A DNA stretch of 64,000 bases from the human T2T-CHM13v2.0 reference genome, Homo sapiens: the NCBI RefSeq assembly GCF_009914755.1, contig NC_060944.1, one strand, 5' to 3'. Of this stretch, positions 25,523-37,299 are shown piece after piece (positions within the stretch are counted from its first letter, which is position 1; each line of letters opens with the position of its first letter). The notes under the pieces are model-generated. The model did no database searches, had not been told where the DNA came from, and saw only the letters and a program-made list of their open reading frames with translations. The position numbers and the translations under genes are program-made.

Positions 25523-26504
25523 ACGTATTAGCCATCTATAGCTCCATAATGCCATATACTTAGCAGCTTTAAACAACACCCATTTGCCACCGTGCAGCAC
25601 TGCAGCTCGGAAGTCCTGGCAGGCTTGACTGGGCTCTCTGCCTTTGCCCTTACAAGCTGGAACCGGTGTCAGCTCCGCTGTACTGTGGGTGGAGGCTCCA
25701 GGGAAGATCAGCTTCCGGCCTCATCCAGGTTGTGCCAAAATTCAGTTCCTTGTGGTTCCAGGACTGAAGTCCCTGTTTTCTCGTGTCTATCAGCCAAGGA
25801 CTATTCTCAGTCCATGAAGGCTGCTCTCAGGTCCTGACCCATGACCCCCTCCACATCACCATCAGGAATGGAGCAGCTCCCTGGTGGCAAACACTCTGTC
25901 ACCCATAGGTCCCTCCGACTTCCACTTCCACCACCAGCTCGAGAATATCTTCTGCTGTAAAGGGTGTGTGAAGCTCAGCCCAGCTGGGTAATCTGCTATT
26001 TTAAAGTCGAAGGATTAGGAACTTTCTCCATTCACTTGTGCTGCTGCAACACAATACCTGAGACTGGGGATTCAAAAAGAAGAGAATTCATTTCTCACAG
26101 TTCTGGAGGTTGGCAAGTCCAAGGTCAAGGAGCCAGCAGGTTCAGTGTCTGAGGAGGGCCTAGTGTCTGCTTCCAAGATGACACCTGTTGCTGTGTCATC
26201 TGAGGGAATGAACGCAGTGTCCTCACATGGTAGAAGACAAAGGGGGCACGAGCCTACGGTGCTCCCCTCAGCCTCTTTTATAAGGATGTGAATCCCATTC
26301 ATGGGGGTTCCATCCTCGTGACTTCATTCCCCCACCTCTTAATACTCTCACTTGGGTGATTAAGTTTCAACATATGAATTTTGGGGGACACACTCAGACC
26401 ATAGCAGTAAACCTAATTACACCTGCATCAGTGAATCCAATCTTCAAAGTCTTGGGGATTAGAGTGGGAAATCTTGAAGGCCATATTAGAATTCTGCCTC
26501 CCAC
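25523..26504 (-). mobile_element. MLT1D/E-type solo LTR interrupted by a second MaLR LTR
   Basis: 'cttagcagctttaaacaacac...ctcatccaggttgtgccaaaattcagttccttgtgg...aggactgaagtccc'; resumes after 26407 and ends 'tattagaattctgcctcccaca'. Confidence 0.75.
26022..26407 (-). mobile_element. MST/MLT1A-type solo LTR nested in the MLT1D/E LTR
   Basis: 'tgctgcaacacaatacctgagactgggg...atttctcacagttctggagg...aagtccaaggtcaagg...tttcaacatatgaattttgggggacacactcagaccatagca'. Confidence 0.85.
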
Positions 26505-26614
26505 ACCTGGTGAGTTAGGAATACTCACCATAAGCTCAAAAATCAAGCTCTGTTCAAGTATTCCCCACCCTCCATTTGCACACAATTTCCAGGTCTTCTG
26601 ATTTTACTACTACT

Positions 26615-26792
26615 AATAATAATAGTGGTGGCTAGCCCTTCGTGCCAGGCCCTCTGTTCCACACCTAAAAACTGGTCTCATTTAAAACACACAATCCTCT
26701 ATGAAGCTAACTCTATTACTAGTTCCATTTTGCAGAGAAGAAGACTGAAGCTCAAAGAGGTAAGGCGATGTGCCCAGGTGATTCAGCCAGTG
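26615..26792 (-). mobile_element. MIR SINE
   Basis: 'ccattttgcagagaagaagactgaagctcaaagaggtaaggcgatgtgcccaggtg' (MIR core). Confidence 0.75.
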
Positions 26793-26873
26793 CATGTGTG
26801 GAGCCATGAAAAGGCAGGACCCAAAGTGACAGCAGGGGCTCCTACCCCAGACCCGAGCAGTGGCCGTTAGTTT

Positions 26874-27060
26874 CAGCCTCTGTGTGCACTGAGTGCCTGG
26901 GTGCGGGCACCCGGCTCCTAAGCCCACACACTATGGTCCGCCATCTCTCCAGCTGGTCTGGGGGCCAGCTTCTGTGTGCACTGAGTGCCTGGGTGCAGGT
27001 ACCCAGCTCCTGAGCCCACACTATGATCCACCATCTCTCCAGCTGTAGGCCCCCAGCCTC
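26874..27060. repeat. Two-copy tandem duplication, period 92 bp
   Basis: cagc(c/t)tctgtgtgcactgagtgcctgggtgc... at 26874 and 26966. Confidence 0.95.
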
Positions 27061-27377
27061 ACCTCTGTGGCTTCTTCCCTGCCCTCCACTGGCCTATAAG
27101 CAAAAATCACAGAGTTTTTAAATGTTCATCATTTGCTGTTGACTTGTTCCCCTGAGGGCTTGATAGAGATGACTAGCACACATATGAAAAAGTGTTGATA
27201 AAAGATTAAAATGCAAGATCATGGAAGATCCAGATCAGCAAAGAAAATCCAGTCTAAGGGTAAGGCTGAAGGCCACACTCTCATGTCTCATCCAGTTCCT
27301 AAAGCTGAAACATAAATTTTACTCTGAGCTCCCTAGTGGAAAAAGCAAAAACAAAACCACAGAAAATTAATTGTGCA

Positions 27378-27472
27378 GAGGTGGAGGTTGCAGTGAGCTG
27401 AGATTGCAACACTGCACTCCAGCCTGAGCAACAGAGTAAGACTCTGTCTCAAAAAAATTTTTAAAAAAGAAA
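27378..27472 (+). mobile_element. Severely 5'-truncated Alu (3' end of right arm plus tail)
   Basis: 'gaggtggaggttgcagtgagctgagattgcaacactgcactccagcctg...ctctgtctcaaaa'; TSD agaaaatta(at/tc)tgtgca at 27361-27377 and 27473-27489. Confidence 0.9.
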
Positions 27473-28064
27473 AGAAAATTATCTGTGCAAAAGTAAAATA
27501 ATCCAACTCCTTAAAAAAGCAAAATTTTTTCCCAACTCACAGAGCAAGAAAGCAGTTTGCCTTGTGAACCTCATATAAGCGGCACTGATTATCATGGTAG
27601 AAAACCCTTGGCAGCATTTCTAAAGCAAATGCAGGCCTGGGCGGTCTCATGGAATTTCCCTTACGGACCTTACGGGCAACCAGGGCCCATCATGAGCACC
27701 AAGCACAATGCAGTGAGCATGGATTCACAGTTATCTGGGAAGCAAGACAGATTCCGAATTCCAGAGACTCAGCCCAATACACCCCAAAGAATGGAGGTTC
27801 TGCATGCCCTCCAAAGACCCTGCACAAATGCCCTTCCTCTCAACAAGGGCAAACAACTGATGATTCAGGGTTCTCATCTCAGATCAGAACCTGGTGGGCA
27901 GATATTCTCTCTCTATTGCCAAAAATTAAATAATCTAATCAAATGAGAAAGGTTGAGTAGACAGATCTTTCATGAAAATGTATAAGACTAACCAAGGCCC
28001 TTAACAAGACGATCCAACCCTGAAGAGAAGTTGGATGGAAGAACTTACATATGGGACCAGATTT

Positions 28065-28340
28065 ACACACACATACACACATGGACACAAACATATAATG
28101 CATGCATGTATATGCACATATATACATATCTATGCAAATGTACACACGTATACACAAACCCATATATGCACACACATACACATCAACATATACATACACA
28201 TGTGCACACATGCCATCATATACATGAACATGCAAATACATACATGCAAATATACAGAGGCATATACACATAGGCATAAATATACACTCATATATGCACA
28301 CATATACACACCTAATAAACACACACTCACCCACACATGA
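28065..28340. repeat. (CA/TA)n low-complexity tract
   Basis: catatatacacacatacatg-type degenerate repeat. Confidence 0.9.
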
Positions 28341-28564
28341 CAATTCTGATTGCAGCAAACACTCATGTTTATAATTTCTCCACTTTCTAACATAGCCAAA
28401 AAATTTTTAGTCCAGAAACTTTTCAAAGCAAATTGAACCATCACTAATCATGGTCATAGACAACTTTCAATGATGAAGCAACACTGATATCTGGTTTAGA
28501 GCAACATAAGTTTCAGTGACACTGTCACAATAAACTGCTGAAAAAAATCTGAAACTCTCCAAGG

Positions 28565-28702
28565 GGCCAGCTGAAGTGGCTTGCACCTGTAATCCCAGCT
28601 ACTCGGGAGGCTGAGGCAGGAGGATCTGGAGACCAGGAGTTCGAGGCCTGCCTAGGCAGTGTAATGAGACCTGCATCTCAAAATAAAATAGAATAAAATA
28701 AA
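28565..28702 (+). mobile_element. Alu monomer (FLAM-like)
   Basis: Single arm 'ggccagc...cacctgtaatcccagctactcgggaggctgaggcaggaggatc...aggagttcgaggc' followed by an (aaaat)n tail. Confidence 0.85.
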
Positions 28703-29199
28703 ATCTTTTAAAAACAAATTCAAGGATCCCAAAGAATTCTGAAGAGTCCAAGTGAACTGAAGAGGAAAGAGCGAGTCGTTCACCTGAGAGAGCTGGAAGA
28801 GTGCAGGATGACCTCAGGGCTGTCTTGAAGGCCTTGACCTTGTCTTTCTTTTCCTGCACCCTCCACATTTTCTTCCCCTCTGTGGGGCCAGAGGAGCACC
28901 TTCATCACCTTTCAGTGCCTTTCAGTGACCAAGCACCATGTCCCTCCACCTGCACCCTGGTAGCCAATGTGCTTTGCATCACACCTGCCTCGGGCCAGCC
29001 ACACCTTGGATGATTTCGCTAACACTGTTGGCTCTCTACTGATTCACCTAAACATTCCCCAGCACTAAAGACATTTAATTTGCTTTCACAGTGAAGAATC
29101 CACTCTATTCCATACATTTATAACACTTTTCAGCTGCAACTCTAAACCGAGTAATTAAACTGAAATGACCTTTTCTGTAGACATGTGGTTTTATTTGGT

Positions 29200-29370
29200 T
29201 TTACTCACTTGACAAGTGTTTCTGTGTTCTAAGCATGTGCCTGCATTTGCTCTGTTTAACCCTTTAACAACCTTATGAGGTAGACACAGTGATCATCCAT
29301 ATTTTACCAGTGGAGAAACTGAGCCACAGAGCAGTTAAATCGCTTGTTTGCCCACACAGTCACAAAGCTA
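29200..29370 (-). mobile_element. MIR SINE
   Basis: 'acaaccttatgaggtag...attttaccagtggagaaactgagccacagagcagttaaat...tgcccacacagtcacaaagcta'. Confidence 0.75.
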
Positions 29371-29733
29371 AAACATTTTCTCTACAGGGGACCAACAAAA
29401 TGTTTTGAAGAACTGGTAAAATGTAGACTTAGATATACTTTGGAAAGAATTATGAAACACAGATTCCACAGAAATGTTCCAGGAGAATTCACAGAATTTT
29501 TAAGATCATCCTTTAAAACACTCCTCATGCCCAGAAAGCCATCTCTGAACTCCACAGCCTTTCTGGGTCTCACTGCTCTCTGCACCCCTCCCCTGGCCAG
29601 CACAGAAAACATGCTCTTCTCTCTCCATAGCCATTTCCCTCTGGCCTCCACAGCCAGGTTTCAAATTGTGTGGAGGGAAAGAGCCTAGCACTGGGAACTG
29701 AAATGGAATGAATTAGAGGACACAGACTGCCCA

Positions 29734-30270
29734 AGTGGGCAGAATTCTAATGTGACCCCTGACCCAGTGAGCTTCCCCTTGAGATATGAGATGGAGCACC
29801 TGTGACCCTGTTAGGTTATATGACAAATGAGAGATTATCCCACTGCACCTGACCTAGCCACATGAACCCTTGAAAAGCAGAGAATTTTCTCCAACTAGTG
29901 GAAGAAATGAAGTCAGCCAGATTCCATGACCTTACGGTGTCAACATGGCATCACCGGTTTTAAAGACAGAGGGAACCCATGGTGAGCAACACAGGGGCCC
30001 CCAGGCTGAGAGCAGCCCCTGGCTAACACGCGGCCTGAGTCACCAAGAACCGAGTCCTGCCCAGCACCTAAGTGTGCCGGGGAGGAGATTCTTCCCCAGG
30101 ACCCAAGAAGAGCCCAGCCCAGCTGACACCTTGACTTCCACCTTGTGAGATCAGAGAAGCCCACTGAAGACACGGACTTCTGTCCTACAGAGCTGTGGGA
30201 CACTGAGCAGGTACTGCTCCAAGCCACTGTGTCTGTGGCCATTTGTCACACAGCACAGGTGACTAACGAA
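29734..30270 (+). mobile_element. MLT1D/E-type solo LTR
   Basis: Start 'gtgggcagaattctaa'; 'cagcccagctgacaccttgactt...gacttctgtcctacagagctgtggga...aagccactgtgtctgtggccatttgtcacacagca'. Confidence 0.8.
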
Positions 30271-30674
30271 TGCCTGAGGAGTGGGCGTGGGGCCCAGGTG
30301 ATGCAGGGCCCCAGAGGGAGGAGCAGGGCAACAGCCTGGCACAGCGAACCTCCAGCAGACTGAGGGGCACACGCTGTGGGGTGGCTGGGAGGAGGGGCTG
30401 GAGCATGCCGTTAGGCACCAACAGTTAAAACAGACCATGCTGCACCCTCTGAGTCCTGGCTTCACCCCTTGGAACCTGTGTGGCCTTAGGGAGCTGACCT
30501 CCCTCAACCTCAGCTCCTTTATCAGTGACCTCCAACCTTGAGGTTGGAGTGTGCCCACCATGCGGGGTTGCCATAAGGATTAAATCAAAGGCCCCACAGG
30601 GAGCCCTGGCCCAGTACTGACACACGGGCAGGGTCTGCACACATTGAACATGGGAAGGGATGCAGCCTGCCACT

Positions 30675-31141
30675 TGGTGGCAGACAAAACATTGGCCCCC
30701 AAAGATGTCCACCTCCTAATCCCCAGAACCTGTATGTTGCCTTACATGGCAAAGAGGGCCTTGCAGATACTGTTAGGTTCAGGATTCTGAGATGGGGACA
30801 TGAGTCAGGTGGGCCCAAGGTCACCACAAGGGTCCTCACGAGAGGCAGAGACAGAGGTGGCAGCCTGACCACAGAGGATGCAGGGGGCAGGGACCACACT
30901 GCCGCAGCAAAGACAGAGGAATGGGCCAGGAGCCCAGGCGTGCAGGAGCCACAGGGGCTGGGACAGGCCAGGACACATCTTCTCCCCAGAGCCTCCAGAA
31001 GGACCAGCCCTGACGGCACCTTCAGCCCACTAAGGCTGATTTTGGACTTCAGCCCTCCAGAATCGTACAAAAATAAATGTGTTGTTTTAAGCCACTAACT
31101 TTGTGGTAATTTGTTACAGCAGCCCCAGGGAAGTAACATAC
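30675..31141 (+). mobile_element. MLT1C-type solo LTR
   Basis: 'ggcccccaaagatgtccacctcctaatccccagaacctgt...aataaatgtgttgttttaagccactaactttgtggtaatttgttacagcagcc'. Confidence 0.85.
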
Positions 31142-31924
31142 CCTTCCTGAAACCACACCATCCTTAAGACTTAGCCTGTGCATAGGCCCAGGGGAGAGGC
31201 AGGGGACACTAGCAGGAATGAAGCCTCCCAGCCAGCCTCATCCTGCTTATTTGCAGGAGGTCACCCAGGGAACCATATTCCCTGCAGCTCCCATGAGGCA
31301 CAGATTTATGCAAAAAATAAAATTATTAGAAGTAATAGGAGGGCAGTTCTTGGGAATTCCACTTTGACCATTGCACACAGGAGACTGCCAAGCCTCAGGA
31401 CCACAAACCAGTGCCAGACACACAAGTGGATATCACAGGTCAAAGACAGCACAGAACCAGAAAGGGGAGAAGAGGTGGGAGGGCTTAGACCACACAAAAA
31501 CCTTAACTCTGCCCATCGGTTTGAGGGGCAGAATCCTGATGAGTGGTGGAAGGCCCCCAGATGGTTATGCCAGGGCGTGCTATGTACAATGTGTGTAGGT
31601 GTACGCATGCACACAGGCACACAGCACAGATGTGCTTAATTGCCAATAAACCATGTAGAGCCTATGGAAGTCATACAGGCATACTTGTTCCAGACAAGGC
31701 TTTTCGTTACAAGATGACAGCTCAGAGATGCCTCTCCTGGTGTCCTGGCTTCCGGCCTGTGAAGGGTTATCAGAGCCATACTTCTTGTTTCCCTGAGGAA
31801 AGGAGAGGGGACAACACCGGCTTGGCTTGTAAGGTCTCAGGGAACTTTATAACCTGTGAAAGACAGTGGAAGTAGATATTATGGTTTAACAAATCCTCAT
31901 TTGGCACTTACTATTTATTCCAAG

Positions 31925-32056
31925 GTAGGGATCTTTTTATCGTGCCCATTTTACAGATAGGAAAACTGAGGCCTAGAGAGATCAAGGGATTTGTCTAAGA
32001 CCCCACTGTCTGCAAGGGGCAGAGGCAGGCTTGAATTCAGGCAGTCTAGACCCAGA
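31925..32056 (-). mobile_element. MIR SINE fragment
   Basis: 'cccattttacagataggaaaactgaggcctagagagatcaagggatttgtctaagaccccac...ttgaattcaggcagtct'. Confidence 0.8.
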
Positions 32057-32091
32057 GGATATAGAAAATGCACCCGCATCAGCATCATGAC

Positions 32092-33210
32092 TGCTGTGGA
32101 TGGAATGTTTGTGTCCCCACAAAATTCATATGTTGAAGCCCTAGCCCCTAATGCAATGGTATTGGAGATGGGTCCTTGAGAGGTAATGAGGATTAGATGA
32201 GGTCATGAGGGTGGGGCCCTCATGGTAGGATTAGTGCCCTCATAAGGAGAGACACCAGAGAGCTTTCTCTCTCTCTCTCTCCCCTCCACCCCCACCAAGT
32301 TCATGGGCAGGTCATGTGAGCAAACTACAAGCCAGAGTGAGATGCAGCAGGGACCCCTCTCAGGGACTTTCCAGGCCCCCAAGCATTGAAATAAAGGAAA
32401 ATCTTGAGTTCCTTCAAGGAAAATTCCAGGCACCCAGATAGCCCTGAGAAGTAAATGAGCAACTTGATAAGCAAGAAGGTAACAGTAGCTTAAAACAGTG
32501 GCCAGGGAAGACAGGAAATGTTTGGTTTCCCAGAGAAGCTAAAGATAGCATCTTAACAAATGTCTTTCAGCTGTCTTTCAGAAACCCAGACCCCCACCAA
32601 GTGGATCTGCTGGTGCTTAAGCCTCAGATAAGGTGAACTTTGGACTGAACCTTGACCTCTGTTCTTTGCTCTAAATTTCTTCCTGAGCGGCCTGGGCCCA
32701 TGGGCCATATTCCACATTCTTTTCTGCTAATCCCAAATTTCCAGACAAAGCTTTGTCTCTTTAACCAATTGCAAATCAGAAATGTTTTTAAATCCACCTA
32801 TGACCTGTGGGTCCACTCTTGGAGATGTCCTGCCTCTTTGGGTCAAACCAAAGTACAGCCTCCATGTCTTGATTTATGACTTCGGCCATCACCTCTGCGT
32901 GCCCTCCTTTGAAAACCCTTACCTTAGGGTAAGCCATGAGGGAGGTCAGATCTTAAGCATGAGCTGCCCAATTCTCCTTGCTTGGTGCCCTGCGATAAAT
33001 GCCTCACTTTCTCTCGCTGCAATACTGATGTCAGTGTTTGGCCACGACCCCAGTTCAGTTTGATAACAAGAGAAGAGCCCTCAGAATAAAACCTACCTTG
33101 CTGGCACCCTGATCTTGGACTTCTCAGTGTCTAAAACTGAGAAATAAACTTCTGTTGTTTAAGCCACACAGTCTTCTGTATTCTGTTATGGTGGCCTGAA
33201 CTGACTAACA
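32092..33210 (+). mobile_element. MLT1A/MSTD-type solo LTR interrupted by an ERV1 LTR
   Basis: Start 'tgctgtggatggaatgtttgtgtccccacaaaattcatatgttgaagccct'; resumes at 33069 'gaagagccctcag...gatcttggacttc...aataaacttctgttgtttaagccac...ctgactaaca'. Confidence 0.85.
32338..33068 (+). mobile_element. ERV1 solo LTR (MER39-like)
   Basis: TG...CA ends with perfect 4-bp TSD AGAG (32334-32337, 33069-33072); 'gggacccctc...aaataaaggaaaatcttgagttccttcaagg'. Confidence 0.85.
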
Positions 33211-34164
33211 GAGATTTGGGGTTGCTGAAAACAGGGACCTAGTTTATAGAAGCAAATCTCCACACCATGGTGCACTGTGACTGTCCAACACAATCCTCTC
33301 TGTTCAAAATCGTTGCCTGCAACGAGCAGAGAGGTTTCCAGCGAACTCTTCCTGGGTCCTCCCACCTTCCCCATGGCAGCCTGGAGCCCTGGAGCCATGG
33401 CATCTGGTTCCTGCACATCAGCACCTGGGAAGCCGAGATGTTCCCGAAAGCTAGGTGCCGACCACCAGGATCTCCCCTTCTCCTGTCCTGCCCAGTGTTC
33501 AGGGACAGTGCACCAGAGAGAACCTGAACACTGATTGCAAGTAGAGCCTCCAAAATCCTTATCTTTGTTTAGATGAAGACAAAAGAGGTGAGGAAGAAGG
33601 ACTTGCAGCACAGAGGACATCTGTCATCGTCCACTCGCAATTCCCCATCATTCACACCCGCCTCCTATTTGTACTGCTTCTCCTGGTGTCAATGTTGCCC
33701 TCCAACATGGAATCTCAAGTCCTACACTTCCCAACCTCCCTGTTTATGGAGAGCAGACAGGCTGCTGTGGGATCGGTCACTGGGATGCACCCCTATGGGA
33801 CTATGGCTTGGGACTGCCGTGTGGGAAGAGGTTGTCATGGTAACCAGGCACCCTCCCAATGCCTTGGGGACCACAGAAGAGGAGGAGCCTGGTCTAAGGC
33901 CTGAGGCTCAGGGAGGTGTCCAGGGATGACCCCTCTCCCCTGAACATGAGGCTAACATTTTGATGGCTCCAAGGATGGCCTTGAAAATAGGGTGCCCATT
34001 TGCCTTTTGCCATCCGCATCCTCAGGGTGTGCTGAAACTCTCTTTCAAATCAGTGAGAATGGTGTTGGAACAGGCTCTCCTAAAAGCACATGGCCCAGTC
34101 TCAAAAGACAAGTGTAATTTGGTCAAATGAGCCAAAGAACCATGAGAAAGCTGCCCAGAACCTA

Positions 34165-34315
34165 AGATTTGGGAGCCTGAAGATTCAAATCCCGCCTCTA
34201 TCCCCGATGCCATGATGCTTATGTGCGGGCACTGAACATCGCTGAGTCTCAGCTTCTCCTCCTTATCTGGGGATCTGCCTACTTGCTGGGTGGTTTAGAG
34301 GCTTGAATGAAATCA
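34165..34315 (+). mobile_element. MIR SINE fragment
   Basis: 'ttcaaatcccgcctcta...gggcactgaacatcgctgagtctcagcttctcct'. Confidence 0.55.
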
Positions 34316-35559
34316 TTCAATTCACTTCAGCAAACACCTCTTGAGTACGCTGGAGCTCACTGTCTGGTCATGAGAGGAAAGCAGAAGAATCGTGGTCGAA
34401 CGTTGTGGTCAGCATCACCAGTGGGCAGAGACGGGGTGCTCTGAGGGGCCCAGAGGGAGTGCTGGCTTCAGCTGGAGGAAGGTGGAACATGAATTCATCG
34501 CTGAGCAGGAGAGACGATGGGAGGACATTCTCAAACTATTGCCAAATATGTCCGATTCTAAGTTAAAGAAGCAGCTATGAAAAACAGAGAATAAACCCAC
34601 CTAAGTGAACCAGGGAGAACTGGGAGACTGAAGAGCTCCTATGTTCTTGGAGGCTGCCATGCTGATGGCCCCAGGGAGACATGATTCGCCTGGAGATGCC
34701 CCAAACCTCATGGGAGACACACGTGTGGCCCAGTTTACTGTGGCCTACCTTCAGGGACATTTCTTCACCATGCCCTGCTCAGCAAAGAACCCAGTTACCC
34801 TTCAGAAAAAAGGTAAGTGAGCTCAGAAAGAACAAGCCAAGGTTGTTCCTAATGGTGATGGGTGACTTCACAGAGGGGCGGCAAGGCTGAGCAAGCAATA
34901 ACCACGTGACTGGGCCAGAGCCTGGCCTTCAACCTGGTCTGCGTGCAGGAAGCAGACAATGGTTCAAAATCCCTGCCATCTGGCAGGCCTACCACATTTC
35001 TTCTGAATGCAGTGATCTAAGCTGTAAAAATGCATAGAATCGGCTACTTCTGTTCTGTGGATGTGTCTCTTTGAGAGAGTGTAAAGGAGAATTTAGGCCG
35101 ATTGCTCCTGTCACCCTCAGCCCGTGGCCCTGGACTCCAATCTTCCTAACGCGACAAGGGCACTTGGCAGCTGCCCTCCCAGATTCTAAAGTCACCATTG
35201 CAGACAGTGACATGGTTCAGTTTCACCAGGACCTTGATGGATGGGAAAGGTGCTCTTAGTTCACGTGAAGACCCAGCGTGGACACTGAACTGTGTCACAG
35301 TGTGTTGAGTCTGCAATGGTGGAGACGGTTAAGAAAAAAAAAATGTTTTACCCTGCTAATTTCTAAAATTCAAGTAAAATAAAAGGGTAATGATCCAAAA
35401 AGCATTTTGGATTGTGAGATTCCCATCCTGAGAGAAGAGCAGCCAGAGATAGATTAAGGAGGTGGAAGTGTAAGAGTCCAAATGTGCAGGCCTGGGGACC
35501 TTACAACAGAAGGCAAGCAGATTAGAAAAGATGACACCCAGCACCCTTGGGAGCACTGA

Positions 35560-35725
35560 GCAATCCAGTCCCAGCTATTACCCTCACAAGCTGTGTGTCC
35601 TTGGGTAAGTCACTTAACCTCTCTGTGTGCCAGTTTCCTCATCATGGGGCTGTTGATAAGATTAGATGAGAACACTCATGTAAACATTCAGTATAATACC
35701 TGCCACTTAAATGGTAGTGATGACT
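35560..35725 (+). mobile_element. MIR SINE
   Basis: 'agctgtgtgtccttgggtaagtcacttaacctctctgtgtgccagtttcctcatc'. Confidence 0.8.
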
Positions 35726-36771
35726 GTTCAACAAAGCCCCACAGAGAGGCAGCGTTCTCACTTTTGAAGCAACATTGTGTATATCAATTTATTCAATAAA
35801 TATTCCTGAAATGGTGAATACCTGGGTTATAGGAAACCGTCATATTTTACTTCAGCTGTTTAATTAAGGTGATTGTGATGAGTCTCTTTTTTAAATCATG
35901 AGGTGGCCTTTTGGTATGTGTTTGAATTATAAAATGCATATTTGTATCAGCATCTTATATATACAAAAATGCACCAGGTGCATTTGTGTGTCCATCAGCA
36001 TTTTTCCAGCTAACACATCTGTTCTGTAGTGAATGTATGGAATTTTCTTCTTTTTGTGATTTCACTAAAATTTACAGGCAGTTACATTCTCATCTAGATG
36101 AAAATGTTAGCCTATGAGACTTCTCATGGTAGTTCTAGTTTTAGATACATTTCCAGGAGACCCTTTTAAGGTAGCTTTTCACTCAGTTTGTGTTTTGGTA
36201 GCACCTTCAGAAATCTATGACCAGTGAAGCTTGTCCTTAAGGAAAGAAGAAGATGGAAAATTCATTTACCCTTCTGTTCTTGGTGTTCTTGGTAAACACT
36301 AGTCAGGATCAGATGCACCTGATCAGTATCAGAAACCTCACCAGTTCATTTGAGCAGGAAGGGTTTGATACAGGGAATTGAGCAATGGCCAATCTTCTGG
36401 AAGGGCTGGAGGGGCTGGCATAAGCTGGTCACTCCTCCCTCCAGGAGCAGCCCAGGAAGATGCACAGAGCTGGCCCGCTGTGAACGTCTGCCTCCCCCAT
36501 GGCCAAGGAGTCAAGGAATCCAGAGGCCACTGTCCCAACTGCTGGCTCCAGGACCCGGCCCTTCACCATGATCCAGTGAGACAGGAGAGAGGTTGGCAGG
36601 GTTGAACGGAGGTAGGAAAAGGAGCGAGGAGGGCAGGAGATGGGGTTAGGAAGCCCTTTTTCAGAAGCAGTATTCCTCCTGGCTGGATTTCTTGCAACAC
36701 AAATCACTTTGAAATATTTAGCATTCATTTCCACTGGAGCTGTTCCTCTCTCTCCACTTCTTCACTAAATG

Positions 36772-36856
36772 TTAGGTTGAACCACATAAAACTGCCACTT
36801 TTGTAAGTCAAAGATGGGATGGGACTATATTGGTGATTTTATGTGGCTCACCTGAA
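36772..36856. mobile_element. MADE2-like mariner MITE (short palindromic element)
   Basis: Left arm ttaggttgaaccacataaaactgcca pairs imperfectly with right arm tggtgattttatgtggctcacctgaa. Confidence 0.65.
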
Positions 36857-37299
36857 ACTGTCATCACCTCTAGGCTGGGCAGGGAGGGGAGTAATCCTGG
36901 CCACACCCAGGCCTCTCCACCTGGGACCTCTGCCCGCTCCCTGAGCGAGATCATGATGTCTCCTGGCTCAGCGGACATGTGGTCTCCAGCATTATTCTCC
37001 AGAAATGTCCACTGAGCTCCCCTCCAATTAATCTGTTCTAAGTTGTGTTAAGATATGGACAAAATGTCCCCTGAGCAATTTTCCAGGATGATAAATGATT
37101 ACATTAACCTTTCCCTGACAGGTGGCTTTCTCTGTGGTTGGCCCTTTGTTTCTGTCCAGTTGGGCTCAAATGGCTAAGGGGTTAGAACAGGGGCATGTCT
37201 TGTCCAGCGCAGTACATGCCACATGCCTATATGCCACATGTCTACTCTCCATGCCTACATACCACATACCTACTCACCATGTGCCTCTACACCATGAGT

